DNA of 63,746 nt, the filler included. It is 9 parts of 9 records of this genome, joined end to end, with 100 filler letters (N's around TTAATTAATTAA, not from the genome) between each part and the next. Parts side by side here need not be neighbours in the genome. Positions count along the whole stretch, not along the records: positions 45,323 to 52,664 come from SRR31156797_15616; positions 52,765 to 57,907 come from SRR31156797_15623; positions 58,008 to 63,746 come from SRR31156797_15638; 6 more parts are not named here. One strand, given 5' to 3'. Shown one piece after another: positions 51,145 to 60,271 of this stretch (the first letter of the stretch is position 1; every line of letters starts with the position of its first letter). The notes beneath the pieces are model-generated. The model saw only the letters and a program-made list of their open reading frames with translations, did no database searches and had not been told where the DNA came from. The translations under genes were made by a program, and so were the position numbers.

Positions 51145-51306
51145 AAGCCAATCCCCTTCTGGTTGATGAGGAAAAAAACGGTACGGTGAATAGGTAAAGA
51201 TGAACGCTCTAATCAATTGTCGAAAAAACGCTTTCCGCCTTCTCGAAAAGTCCGGATTTGGTGTGAATGGTATCCAAAAAAGAATATTGTGTTGCCATTA
51301 TGGAAC

Positions 51307-51322
51307 AGCAAAGGGCGTGCCA
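51307..51322 (-). promoter_or_regulatory. sigma54 (-24/-12) promoter of the metF-hdrA-mvhD operon
   Basis: Minus strand TGGCACGCCCTTTGCT matches TGGCAC-N5-TTGC. Confidence 0.85.
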
Positions 51323-51434
51323 CAGAAGGGAATATTGTGTGAAAAACGTATAAACACTATATTATTAGTGAGTTAAACATTTCCAACCCTATTTTAACGC
51401 CCTTACAACAACTGGAATAACAGCTCGACAAATG

Positions 51435-51506
51435 TGCCAAAATGGACTATAGTCGACAAATATTGCCTTAAAATCAGGGCGTTGAACAATCACATCCATT
51501 TTGGCA
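51435..51506. promoter_or_regulatory. Candidate enhancer (UAS) sites for the adjacent sigma54 activator
   Basis: TGCCAAAATGGA (51435-51446) and its exact reverse complement TCCATTTTGGCA (51495-51506), about 110-185 bp upstream of the sigma54 site. Confidence 0.6.
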
Positions 51507-51530
51507 TAGTCCAAACTGGTAGAGGACGGG

Positions 51531-52664
51531 ATGATGAACAACACCGATGTTGTCGTCGTCGATGACGACAGGGATTACCTGGATGTTTTAGGCAGAAAAC
51601 TCATGGAGATCGGGTTTACGCGTATCCGCTTGGAAGACAGCTCTGTTAAATTGGCAGCAGAGGTGAAAGAGGGATACACGTTCGATCTTGCTTTAATCGA
51701 TATGACCATGCCGGAGATGGACGGAATGGCATTATTGGAAACCATCAAGGCCAATACGCCTGCTTCCGAGTGCATCATGGTTACCGCCATCAACGAAGCG
51801 CGTATCGCAGTGGAGTGCCTGAACAAAGGCGCCTATGACTACCTGGTAAAACCGGTTTCCACCGAGGATCTCAGTCTGGCCATCAAACGGACCTTGGAAC
51901 GCAAACGGCTGTTGGATCTTCTCGATCTGGACAAACGGGACGACCTTCCAACGCTGGAGAATGAAAAGCCGTTCAAACCGATCGTCACGCAATCCAAACG
52001 GGTTCTCCGCATCCTGAAAGAAGCGGAACTCCATGCCGCAAGCTCTGTGCCCGTCCTTATCACAGGTGAAAGCGGAACCGGAAAAGAGCTTCTCGCACGG
52101 GCCATCCACGGAGCCAGCCCCCGTGCAGGGCATCCATTCAGCCCCATCAACATGGCCTCTCTCACCGACTCACTTTTTGAGGCGGAGTTTTTCGGACACA
52201 CCAAAGGGGCTTTTACCGGAGCGGAAACAGGCCGCGTCGGCTATCTGGAACACACCAACAAGGGAACCCTCTTCCTGGACGAGATCGGCGACCTCCCGCT
52301 GTCGCTTCAGGGAAAATTGTTGCGGGTTCTACAGGATGGCGAGTTCTCCAAGCTCGGCTCGAGCGCACGTCAGAAAGTCGACCTGCGATTTATCGCCGCA
52401 ACCAACGAGAATCTTGAGCAAATGATTTCTCAGAAGAGGTTCCGCAAGGATCTTTACTACCGAATTCGAGGTGGGTGGCTCCACCTGCCTCCTCTTCGCG
52501 AGCGAACCGACGACATTATAGTGCTCACCCGCAAATTTCTGGAAAAATACTATGACGTGACCCAAGAGGGGTTTATCGATCAATCTGCCTTGGACCTTTT
52601 AATGCGCTATCCCTATCCCGGAAATGTAAGGGAGCTGAAATCCATTCTCCAATCCGCCGTCAAT
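51531..52664 (+). CDS. NtrC-family sigma54-dependent response regulator (3' truncated)
   Basis: Receiver domain (VVDDD, DMTMP); AAA+ motifs GESGTGKE, GAFTGA, LFLDEIG, YPGNVREL. Confidence 0.93.
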
Positions 52665-52764
52665 NNNNNNNNNNNNNNNNNNNNNNNNNNNNNNNNNNNN
52701 NNNNNNNNTTAATTAATTAANNNNNNNNNNNNNNNNNNNNNNNNNNNNNNNNNNNNNNNNNNNN

Positions 52765-53707
52765 AAGGAAACTGATCCGCGTGAATACTCATACCATCAA
52801 GCCGCGCCTGATCAATGATCTCTAACATCTGCCCGGATCTGACCCCGTTAAACGGGGCTTTCAGTAGAAGATGGGATATCTGGACAGGGATCTCAGCCTC
52901 CCTGCCGATGGTGACGGCCTCGTTTAATGCCTCAATAATACCATTATTTCCTCTTTCCGTCAGTTTCCCCGTCATGTCCCTTACATGGGTTGCATGGATG
53001 CCGCCGTGGTTTCGAACAACCTTGCTGATTTCAATAAGTTCTTTTGTCGTGGCCAACAGTCCCGGGGCATATTCAAGACCGGTGGAAAAACCAACCGCAC
53101 CTTTGTCCATTTCTTCGGCAACCCTCGCTTTAAGCATTTCAAGCTGGGTCCGGTTGAGTTCTGCGGGTTGATTCTCACCAAACAGCTCTTTGCGAATCAT
53201 TCCATGGGGGGCCAGGTGACATATGTTGGAACCGAACCCTACTGAATCCGCAAGGTCAAACCAGTATGCCGTATCCGTATACCCATACCCGCAGTTCCCG
53301 GTCACGACGGTGGACACGCCTTGATACTGATAATTGTAATTGCCCTTGAAACTCGGCATGACGTAGGCAAAATACCGTTTGAAGCCCGTTCGTTTGAAGG
53401 TCAGGTCACAATGGGTATGCACATCGATGAAACCCGGGGTAATGATCTTGCCGCCTGCATCGATTACTTGTTCCGCGGATCCGTTTATCTTGCCGATGGC
53501 TTCAATTTTATCATTTTTGATTCCAATATCAGCGACATAGGGAGGGGTGAGCGTTCCGTCGTAAATCATTCCGTTTTTGATAATTACGTTATACTCATAC
53601 TTTTCCCAGGCATGGGATGCGGCAGGAATCGTTCCCGAGACGGCAACCGCCGTGGAATACTTGACCGTCTGCTCAAGAAACTCCCGTCTGCTGATTTTGG
53701 TTCCCAT
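52765..53707 (-). CDS. N-acyl-D-amino acid deacylase family amidohydrolase with Tat signal (3' truncated)
   Basis: SRREFL Tat motif; PGFIDVHTHCD, GVSTVVTGNCG, GFSTGLEYAPG, QISH. Confidence 0.85.
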
Positions 53708-53793
53708 CGTTAGTGTCCTCTTTAATGTTTGAATTCCGGCATAAAAAAAACGGTTTTTACGAGAAGAACAGGTTAAAAAAGCCCAACACCGTC

Positions 53794-54235
53794 CTATATG
53801 GGATTTATTCGTTTTTTAAACCCTTTGTAAGGTTCAAATTCGTATCCCAATGAGTTATAGAAACGATGGGCTTCGGTACGATCCGATTCAGTGACAAAAA
53901 TAATCTGGCAACAGTCATGATCGGCTGCGAATTTTTCCAATCCCCCCATGAGGGCGGACCCGGCACCATTTCGTCTTTGGTTTTTATCCACAATAAGATC
54001 TTCTATTATCATAAACGGTTTGCAGTCCCCATAGAGCTCTTCGCAAATTATCCCCATTGCGAATCCTGCCAGCAGATCATTCTGTTTCGCAGCTAACAGG
54101 ATATACGCCGGATTGGTCTTGAGTCTCGAAAATGTTGATCCCATTTTTTCAAGTGAAGATTTCTCCCCCCCAGAATTGTTGAAACATTTCCGAAAGAGAT
54201 GCTAAATCATTTTCCTTCAACCGTTCGATTTTCAT
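53794..54235 (-). pseudogene. GNAT acetyltransferase with a +1 frameshift in a G7 run
   Basis: ATG at 54235 (MKIERLKENDLASLSEMFQQFWG) joins the GNAT frame (EKSSLEKMGS...RRNGAG) only if the run at 54165-54171 is 6 nt; span is 442 nt (3n+1). Confidence 0.75.
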
Positions 54236-54236
54236 T

Positions 54237-55364
54237 TTATTTTCCTTTAAACAATTCCACCGTCTCTTTGAGCTTCGATATCCCCCACTCTATATTCTCC
54301 GGCTCATAAGCCGGAAAAGTCAACCTGAGAAAAAGGCCTTTTTCCTGCATTTCCTCCCTGAAGTCGGGAGCGGCGGCATCCCAGGCAGCTGCGATTCCCA
54401 CACCTCTTTCCCCGGCCGATTCAATAAAGGCTGCTTCCTGGTCCACAGAAATACCCTCTATTGTCAGGGACGTAAAAAAACCCCCGGTGACGGCCTTTGG
54501 AAACGTGCCGGGCAGCATGGTCTCGAGGGCGCGATTCAAGGCATCCATTCTCGGCTTGTACAGGCCGCGTAAATACTTGAGATACGCTTCGTAACGTCCC
54601 GATCGGATGAAATCGGCTATAAACGCCTGGGTCGGCAGGTTGGGGTTTATACGTGTATTGGCGATAACGCCTGACAGGTGGGCCGCATAATCCCTTGGCA
54701 CGATTGTATACCCGCATTTGGTACCGGGAGAGATCGTCTTTGTGAAAGAACTTGTCAGAAGCGGACCCCATTCCGAAATTTCGATGGGCTCATTGACGTT
54801 TCCATCATAGCGAAGGTCCTGGTAGCAGACATCCCACAGGCACAGGATATCATTGTCGCGGCAGATGCGTTCAACCGCCCTGCGATTGTCCACGGTATAA
54901 TTAATTCCTGTTGGGTTTTGATGAAAAGGGATACCGTAAAAGACTTTAACCGCTGTTTTATCCACGATGCTCTTTACTTGAGCCAGATCGACCCCTTCCG
55001 GTGTCAACCTGACGCCGATCAGGTTATGGCCATAGCGCCTGGCGTCGAGCAATACGCGGTCGTAGGATGCTTCTTCAACAATGATATTGCTTTTGCTGGG
55101 GAGGGATTTGAAAAAGAGGGATATCACTTCCAGGCCGCCGTTACCGACGATCACTCGTTCGGGATCAACATGATGAATGTCGGCAACCAACTCACGCAGG
55201 GGCATGAAACCGGAAAAATGGCCGTATTGAAGCACCCCCGTACCGTATCGGCCGATCGCTTTTTCGTATCCTTCCGAGACCATTGGGATCAGGTGCGACA
55301 GGGCTTCTTCCGAAGGAACCCCACGTAAGAAATTTATTGACCGCTTTTCATTTTCTTTACTCAC
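54237..55364 (-). CDS. PLP-dependent class I aminotransferase (MocR/LysN-like)
   Basis: INFLRGVP, LQYG, PFHQNPTG, DVCY, SFTKTISPG; GTG start at 55364 after a GAGG RBS. Confidence 0.87.
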   Translation of the reverse strand: MSKENEKRSINFLRGVPSEEALSHLIPMVSEGYEKAIGRYGTGVLQYGHFSGFMPLRELVADIHHVDPERVIVGNGGLEVISLFFKSLPSKSNIIVEEASYDRVLLDARRYGHNLIGVRLTPEGVDLAQVKSIVDKTAVKVFYGIPFHQNPTGINYTVDNRRAVERICRDNDILCLWDVCYQDLRYDGNVNEPIEISEWGPLLTSSFTKTISPGTKCGYTIVPRDYAAHLSGVIANTRINPNLPTQAFIADFIRSGRYEAYLKYLRGLYKPRMDALNRALETMLPGTFPKAVTGGFFTSLTIEGISVDQEAAFIESAGERGVGIAAAWDAAAPDFREEMQEKGLFLRLTFPAYEPENIEWGISKLKETVELFKGK

Positions 55365-55605
55365 TGTAACTCTTTTCCTCCTGAATCGAATATCGTTTTT
55401 TACATTCGGGTGAAATTGTCCTGTTTTCGCTATGGGGGTTATATCGTTTGTTTCCCCGGGGGGCAAGGGAATTTTCAATGGCCGGAATCTCCGTGGCGAT
55501 ATGCACCTGACCGGAATTTCCCTCATTTCCAAAGGCTTGACTTCTGCCTGATTGACAATACAATCTTTATAGATTCACTGGGGAAAAGAAGGGAGCGAGA
55601 GGGCC

Positions 55606-56703
55606 ATGACTGAATGTATCCTGTGCCATAAAGAGAAGGGCATCATTTCACAAGCCCTTGGGGTGTGCCTCAAGTGTGTTCGCACCAGGCCCGCTGAAGC
55701 ACTGGAGATCGCCCGGCAGGTACACGGAAACTGCAGGGCGAGATTCGGCTTGCCGGAAATTGCGCCGGACGGGCCTTACGGTCTTCCCTGTAACATTTGT
55801 GTAAACTGCTGCAGAATTCCGGAAAAACAGCGGGGCATTTGCGGCCTGCGCTTCAATTCGGGGAAAAGGCTTACGGGCGTCAGCTCCGGGCAGGGAAAAC
55901 TGTCATGGTACCACGATCCCCTGCCCACCAATTGCGTGGCGGACTGGGTTTGCCCCGGCGGCACAGGGGCGGGTTTTCCGGAATACGCCTACAGGAGCGG
56001 GCCGGAAACCGGGTACAGGAATCTGGCCGTGTTCTTTCAAGCCTGTTCATTCAACTGTCTGTTTTGCCAGAACTGGCATTTCAGGAATGATACCTTAAAA
56101 CCCCACACCGCTTCCGTTGAGGATCTTGTCGCGGATATCGATGAAAGAACCGCCTGCATCTGTTTTTTCGGTGGAGATCCGACCCCCCAGCTCCCGTTTG
56201 CCTTGAGGGCCGTAAAGACAGCCCGGGAACGAAACCGGCAGAGAATCCTGAGGATCTGCTGGGAAACCAACGGGTCGATGAATGAAACGCTTCTGGACCG
56301 GTGCGTGGATACCGCTTTTGTCAGCGGGGGCTGTATAAAATTTGACCTGAAGGCATGGGATGAACCCCTTCATATGGCCCTGACCGGTGTCACCAATAAA
56401 CGTACTCTAGCAAACTTTAAGCGTGCGGCCCTGAGGGCCGGGGAACGGCCCGTGCCGCCCCTGGTGATCGCCAACACACTACTTGTTCCGGGGTATGTGG
56501 ACGAGAATGAAATCCGGGGCATTTCGCGGTTTATCGCCTCCATCGATCCCCGGATCCCATACAGCCTGCTGGCCTTTCATCCCCAGTTCTATATGTCTGA
56601 CCTGCCGCTTACATCCCTTGAAACGGCGGAAGCCTGCTGGGCTGCCGCAAAGGAGGCCGGCCTGGAAAATGTCCGATTAGGCAATATCCATCTTCTCGTG
56701 TGA
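55606..56703 (+). CDS. Radical SAM protein, PflA/AmmeMemoRadiSam-like
   Basis: CSFNCLFCQN (CxxxCxxC), FFGGDP, WETNG, TLLVPGY; Cys-rich N-terminus. Confidence 0.85.
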   Translation: MTECILCHKEKGIISQALGVCLKCVRTRPAEALEIARQVHGNCRARFGLPEIAPDGPYGLPCNICVNCCRIPEKQRGICGLRFNSGKRLTGVSSGQGKLSWYHDPLPTNCVADWVCPGGTGAGFPEYAYRSGPETGYRNLAVFFQACSFNCLFCQNWHFRNDTLKPHTASVEDLVADIDERTACICFFGGDPTPQLPFALRAVKTARERNRQRILRICWETNGSMNETLLDRCVDTAFVSGGCIKFDLKAWDEPLHMALTGVTNKRTLANFKRAALRAGERPVPPLVIANTLLVPGYVDENEIRGISRFIASIDPRIPYSLLAFHPQFYMSDLPLTSLETAEACWAAAKEAGLENVRLGNIHLLV

Positions 56704-56748
56704 TGCACCTGAAGTTCGGACGAGCGCCGCCAGTGTCTTTAATTCCAA

Positions 56749-57907
56749 TTAATACCTTCCGAGGATTCTGAAAAATTCCGTTTTTTCCTTCAGTTCGACC
56801 ATCATGGGAGAGAGGGTGTCACTCAGGATGTCCGCTTCAAGATCGGCATAGAACATGTACTCCCAGGGTTTTCCAAGTATGGGTCTTGACTCCAGCTTGA
56901 CCAGGTTGATGCCATACAGGGAAAAAATTTTCATTACCTCGTACAGGGCGCCGGGCTTGTTGCCCGTTGAAAAAATAATGGAGGTTTTTCCGACTTTTTT
57001 CTTTCCCTTGTATTCTTTGGCAATGATGGCAAACCGGGTATAGTTCCTCGGGTTGTCCTCAATGGCGTCGTCAATCACCTTCAGGTCAAAGAGATCGGCT
57101 TCCATGGCCGTTCCGACGGCTGCCGCCGTGGTATCGGCGGATTCCTTGACATGCCTGGCCGCGCTTGCGTTTGCCTTGACCGGCAACGGTTCGATTTCGG
57201 GATGCTGATCCAGGAAATTCTTACACTGGGAAAATGCCGGCGGTGATGCCAATAGTTTTTTTATGGCGTTTTTATCCGTGGCTTCGTGGGCCATGAGGGC
57301 ATGTTTGATGCGGATGGTAACCTCACCGATTATTTTCAGGTCATACTCCTGGAGCAGGTCGAAGTTTTCGTGGATGGAACCGGAAAGGGTATTTTCAACC
57401 GGAATAACGCCGTATTCAACGCTGCCGCTTTGGCAGGCATTGAAAATATCCCGGTAACTGACCATGGGGAGGGGGGTCACATCCTCGCCAAAATAGGACA
57501 GGCTGGCCTTATGGCCATAGCTGCCGTTTTCACCGATAAAGGCGGCTTTTTTTGCCGCCCCCTCGGCCAGTTCCTTGATAACCTCCGTTTTTTTCAGGTA
57601 ATCAAAATCCATCTGCTTGCCCACAACCGGCGCGATCACATACAAATCCCGGGTCAAGTGGCCGAACTGTTCCGGATACAGGCTTTGGGGACCATCGGAC
57701 AAGGCGTGGTCCGGATCGTTGTGGACTTCGATCATCAGGGCGTCCGCGCCTGCTGCCACCGCGGCCCGTGCCATGGGGCTGACCTTTTCACGGATACCCG
57801 TGGCATGGCTTGGGTCGATGACAATGGGAAGGTGGGTCAGTTTTTTCAATACCGGAATGGCGGAAAGGTCCAGGGTGTTCCGGGTATAGGGCTCAAAGGT
57901 CCGGATG
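56749..57907 (-). CDS. DAHP synthase (class I-beta) fused to prephenate dehydratase-ACT (5' truncated)
   Basis: [26 protein letters not shown] followed in frame by [36 protein letters not shown]. Confidence 0.88.
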
Positions 57908-58007
57908 NNNNNNNNNNNNNNNNNNNNNNNNNNNNNNNNNNNNNNNNNNNNTTAATTAATTAANNNNNNNNNNNNNNNNNNNNNNNNNNNNNNNNNNNNN
58001 NNNNNNN

Positions 58008-58928
58008 CGCAGCGCCTGCCTTGGCACGCTTGGCACGAAACTGGAAGAGGTTCTTCTCCACGTGCGCCAGGGGTCGGCAGCTTCCGAATCGCTTCGTCCG
58101 TTCGAGCAGGACGGGCTGGCCCAATTTGATCTTGGCGCCGCGAATCATTTCGCACAGGTCCTGGTAGGTTCGCTCCGTCGGCTCGAAGAGACCGTCGTCT
58201 ACTCCCGGTTTCGGGCCCAGACCGGCCGGATCGAGACACAGGGCAATGTGCGCGTCGGCCACGACCTTGAGCAGTTCGACCAACAGGGCGCTCTCGGCGC
58301 CGGTGAAACTGGCGAAGCCATCAACCCAAAGCCGAGCGTCCTGGAGAAAGGCCGCATCCGCCACCGCCCGGCACGCCTGGCCGGCCTGGGCCTCGGGGTC
58401 GACAAAGCGGTCGCTCAGGCTCTCCGTGTAGCGCTGGAACACCCGGCTGATATCAGCGAACTTCAGCGCCGCCAGGCGATGGCCCTTCCCGGCCGCAAGC
58501 TCCGCCTCCAGCTGCGCCAGGTCTTCGGGGCCTTTGGCGTAGCGATGCAATTCGGTGATCGTGTTGGCGATTTCGCGGGCGAAGCCCGGTAGCAAGGCCG
58601 AGGAGCGAAACACGTGAAGGTCGTCGCGGCTGTCTCGGAGGATTTTGTGCACGATCATCTGCCGGCCAATGTTCGAGATTCGCGGTGTCACCGTGCTGCG
58701 CCCGGCCAGGAAGAACTGGAGGCGGTTGAAAGAGACGATCTGGAGCCGGTGGTAGCCGCAGATGCGCGGATCGGAGAGAATGGCCCGCTCGGCCTGGTAG
58801 GTGGCCTGCTCGGGGACCAGGAGGATCAGCGGCTGCTCTGCGTCGGCCCCCAAGGCCTCGACGATCGCCTCGAGGCAATGCGTCGTCTTGCCCGTGCCAC
58901 TTCTACCGAGAATAAACTGAACCGCCAT
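58008..58928 (-). CDS. addB: AddB-like helicase/nuclease subunit B (3' truncated)
   Basis: FILGRSGTGKT, LLVPEQ, SFNRL, WVDGFASFT. Confidence 0.85.
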
Positions 58929-59042
58929 CCTTGCCCTTCCTGAACGCCGCCCGGAAATCCAGCCCTCTTGTACCAGACGCCGTGCGATTCTGCAAGATCA
59001 GGACAGGGAACAGCGAGGCCTCGAACACCGAAGGCGCTCGGC

Positions 59043-59073
59043 ATAGGTCCTATTGGTCCTATAGGACCTATAG
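59043..59073. repeat. Short 9-nt tandem, quasi-palindromic intergenic repeat
   Basis: CATAGGTCC-TATTGGTCC-TATAGGACC-TATA, including the palindrome GGTCCTATAGGACC. Confidence 0.6.
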
Positions 59074-59111
59074 TAGGAGAATGGTGGCAGCCTCCAGCAC
59101 AGCGATTCGTT

Positions 59112-60029
59112 TCAGGCGACGCCGAGCAAGTCGAGGTCGGTGGCCGGGTGCAACAGGGGCAAGCGGGCCACGTCCGCCAGACGCTGGGCGTAGGACGGAT
59201 CTTCGCCTCCGATGGTGTCGCGCACCGTCTCGTCGGCCGCTTCGTCGCGCAGGCGGCGCAAGACCGCACCGGCGACCCAGAGGAAGGGGTTGAAGAAGTA
59301 CAGTACGTGCACGATATTCTGGAGGAGGTTCACCCAGAGATCGCGTCGTTTGATATGAGCCAGTTCGTGGAACAGGACGTCCCGCAGGTGGCGCGAGCCC
59401 AGGGTCGGGACCAGATTGCGGGGCACGACGATGACCGGGCGCAGCAGCCCACAGACGACCGGGCGCGTCCCCTCTTCCGAGATCCGCAACGTCACCTTGC
59501 CCTTGATGCCCATCCGTTTGCGGCAATACTGCAGGATGTCCGTCATGAGAAAGTTGGCATCGGGCGCACGGTCAACATGTCGACACGCCGATCGGGCGCG
59601 GCGAACCAAGATCCCGCTCATGACGACCACGCCGGCCAGCCACATCAGCAGAACGCCTCCTTGCCACGTCAGTAAGTGTGGCGGCTCCCCTATCCCGACC
59701 GAGGTGGTCTGGGACTGTCCGGTGGTGGGCCGGGATAGGGAAGCTCGCGGGTGTTGCGCTGCCATGTGTGTGGTCGGGTCTGCGTAGGCAGCGTTGCCGG
59801 ATGGCAAGAAGTTAGAAGGAGGGCATAGAGGAAAGAAAGGTGTCAGCAGCAAATAGGCCAACACCGTTACCACCAGCCAGTAGCGCAGGGCGGCCCGAAC
59901 CTTGTGGCGAAACGCATACTCGATCAGCAAAACAAAACCGATCAGCACGGCTGATTCAACCAGCATCAGCGAGGCAAATGTGACGAAGGCGCCGCCGACC
60001 ATATTCACTTGTTCCAGCATCCATTCCAT
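59112..60029 (-). CDS. M56 (BlaR1/MecR1-like) membrane metallopeptidase without C-terminal sensor
   Basis: TM segments, PVVCGLLRPVIVVP, HELAHIKRRD, YFFNPFLW, E-AADE. Confidence 0.88.
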   Translation of the reverse strand: MEWMLEQVNMVGGAFVTFASLMLVESAVLIGFVLLIEYAFRHKVRAALRYWLVVTVLAYLLLTPFFPLCPPSNFLPSGNAAYADPTTHMAAQHPRASLSRPTTGQSQTTSVGIGEPPHLLTWQGGVLLMWLAGVVVMSGILVRRARSACRHVDRAPDANFLMTDILQYCRKRMGIKGKVTLRISEEGTRPVVCGLLRPVIVVPRNLVPTLGSRHLRDVLFHELAHIKRRDLWVNLLQNIVHVLYFFNPFLWVAGAVLRRLRDEAADETVRDTIGGEDPSYAQRLADVARLPLLHPATDLDLLGVA

Positions 60030-60271
60030 AATTGATCACCTCATACTCTTCACTCTCTAAAGACGCCCCAAATCGAAATCTATTACAGGAAAAAGGATGA
60101 ATTTCTGTGGAGGCCGTGTTTTGGCGAATAAATGCGGAAAAGGCGTGTGGCAGTTGCATCAAACAAGACAAGTTGAGGCCAGTTTGCTACGAACGGATTA
60201 CCGTTATGTTACCATTATGTTACCGTGGGCGGCAAGCGGGATACGGTCGCGGCCTGGCCCGCGGCGCGGCG

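Noticed and set aside
10959..58007. Recurrent TTAATTAATTAA flanked by N runs
   Set aside because: Artificial six-frame-stop linker between contigs; gene adjacencies across it and ORF tails ending XXX..LIN are meaningless.
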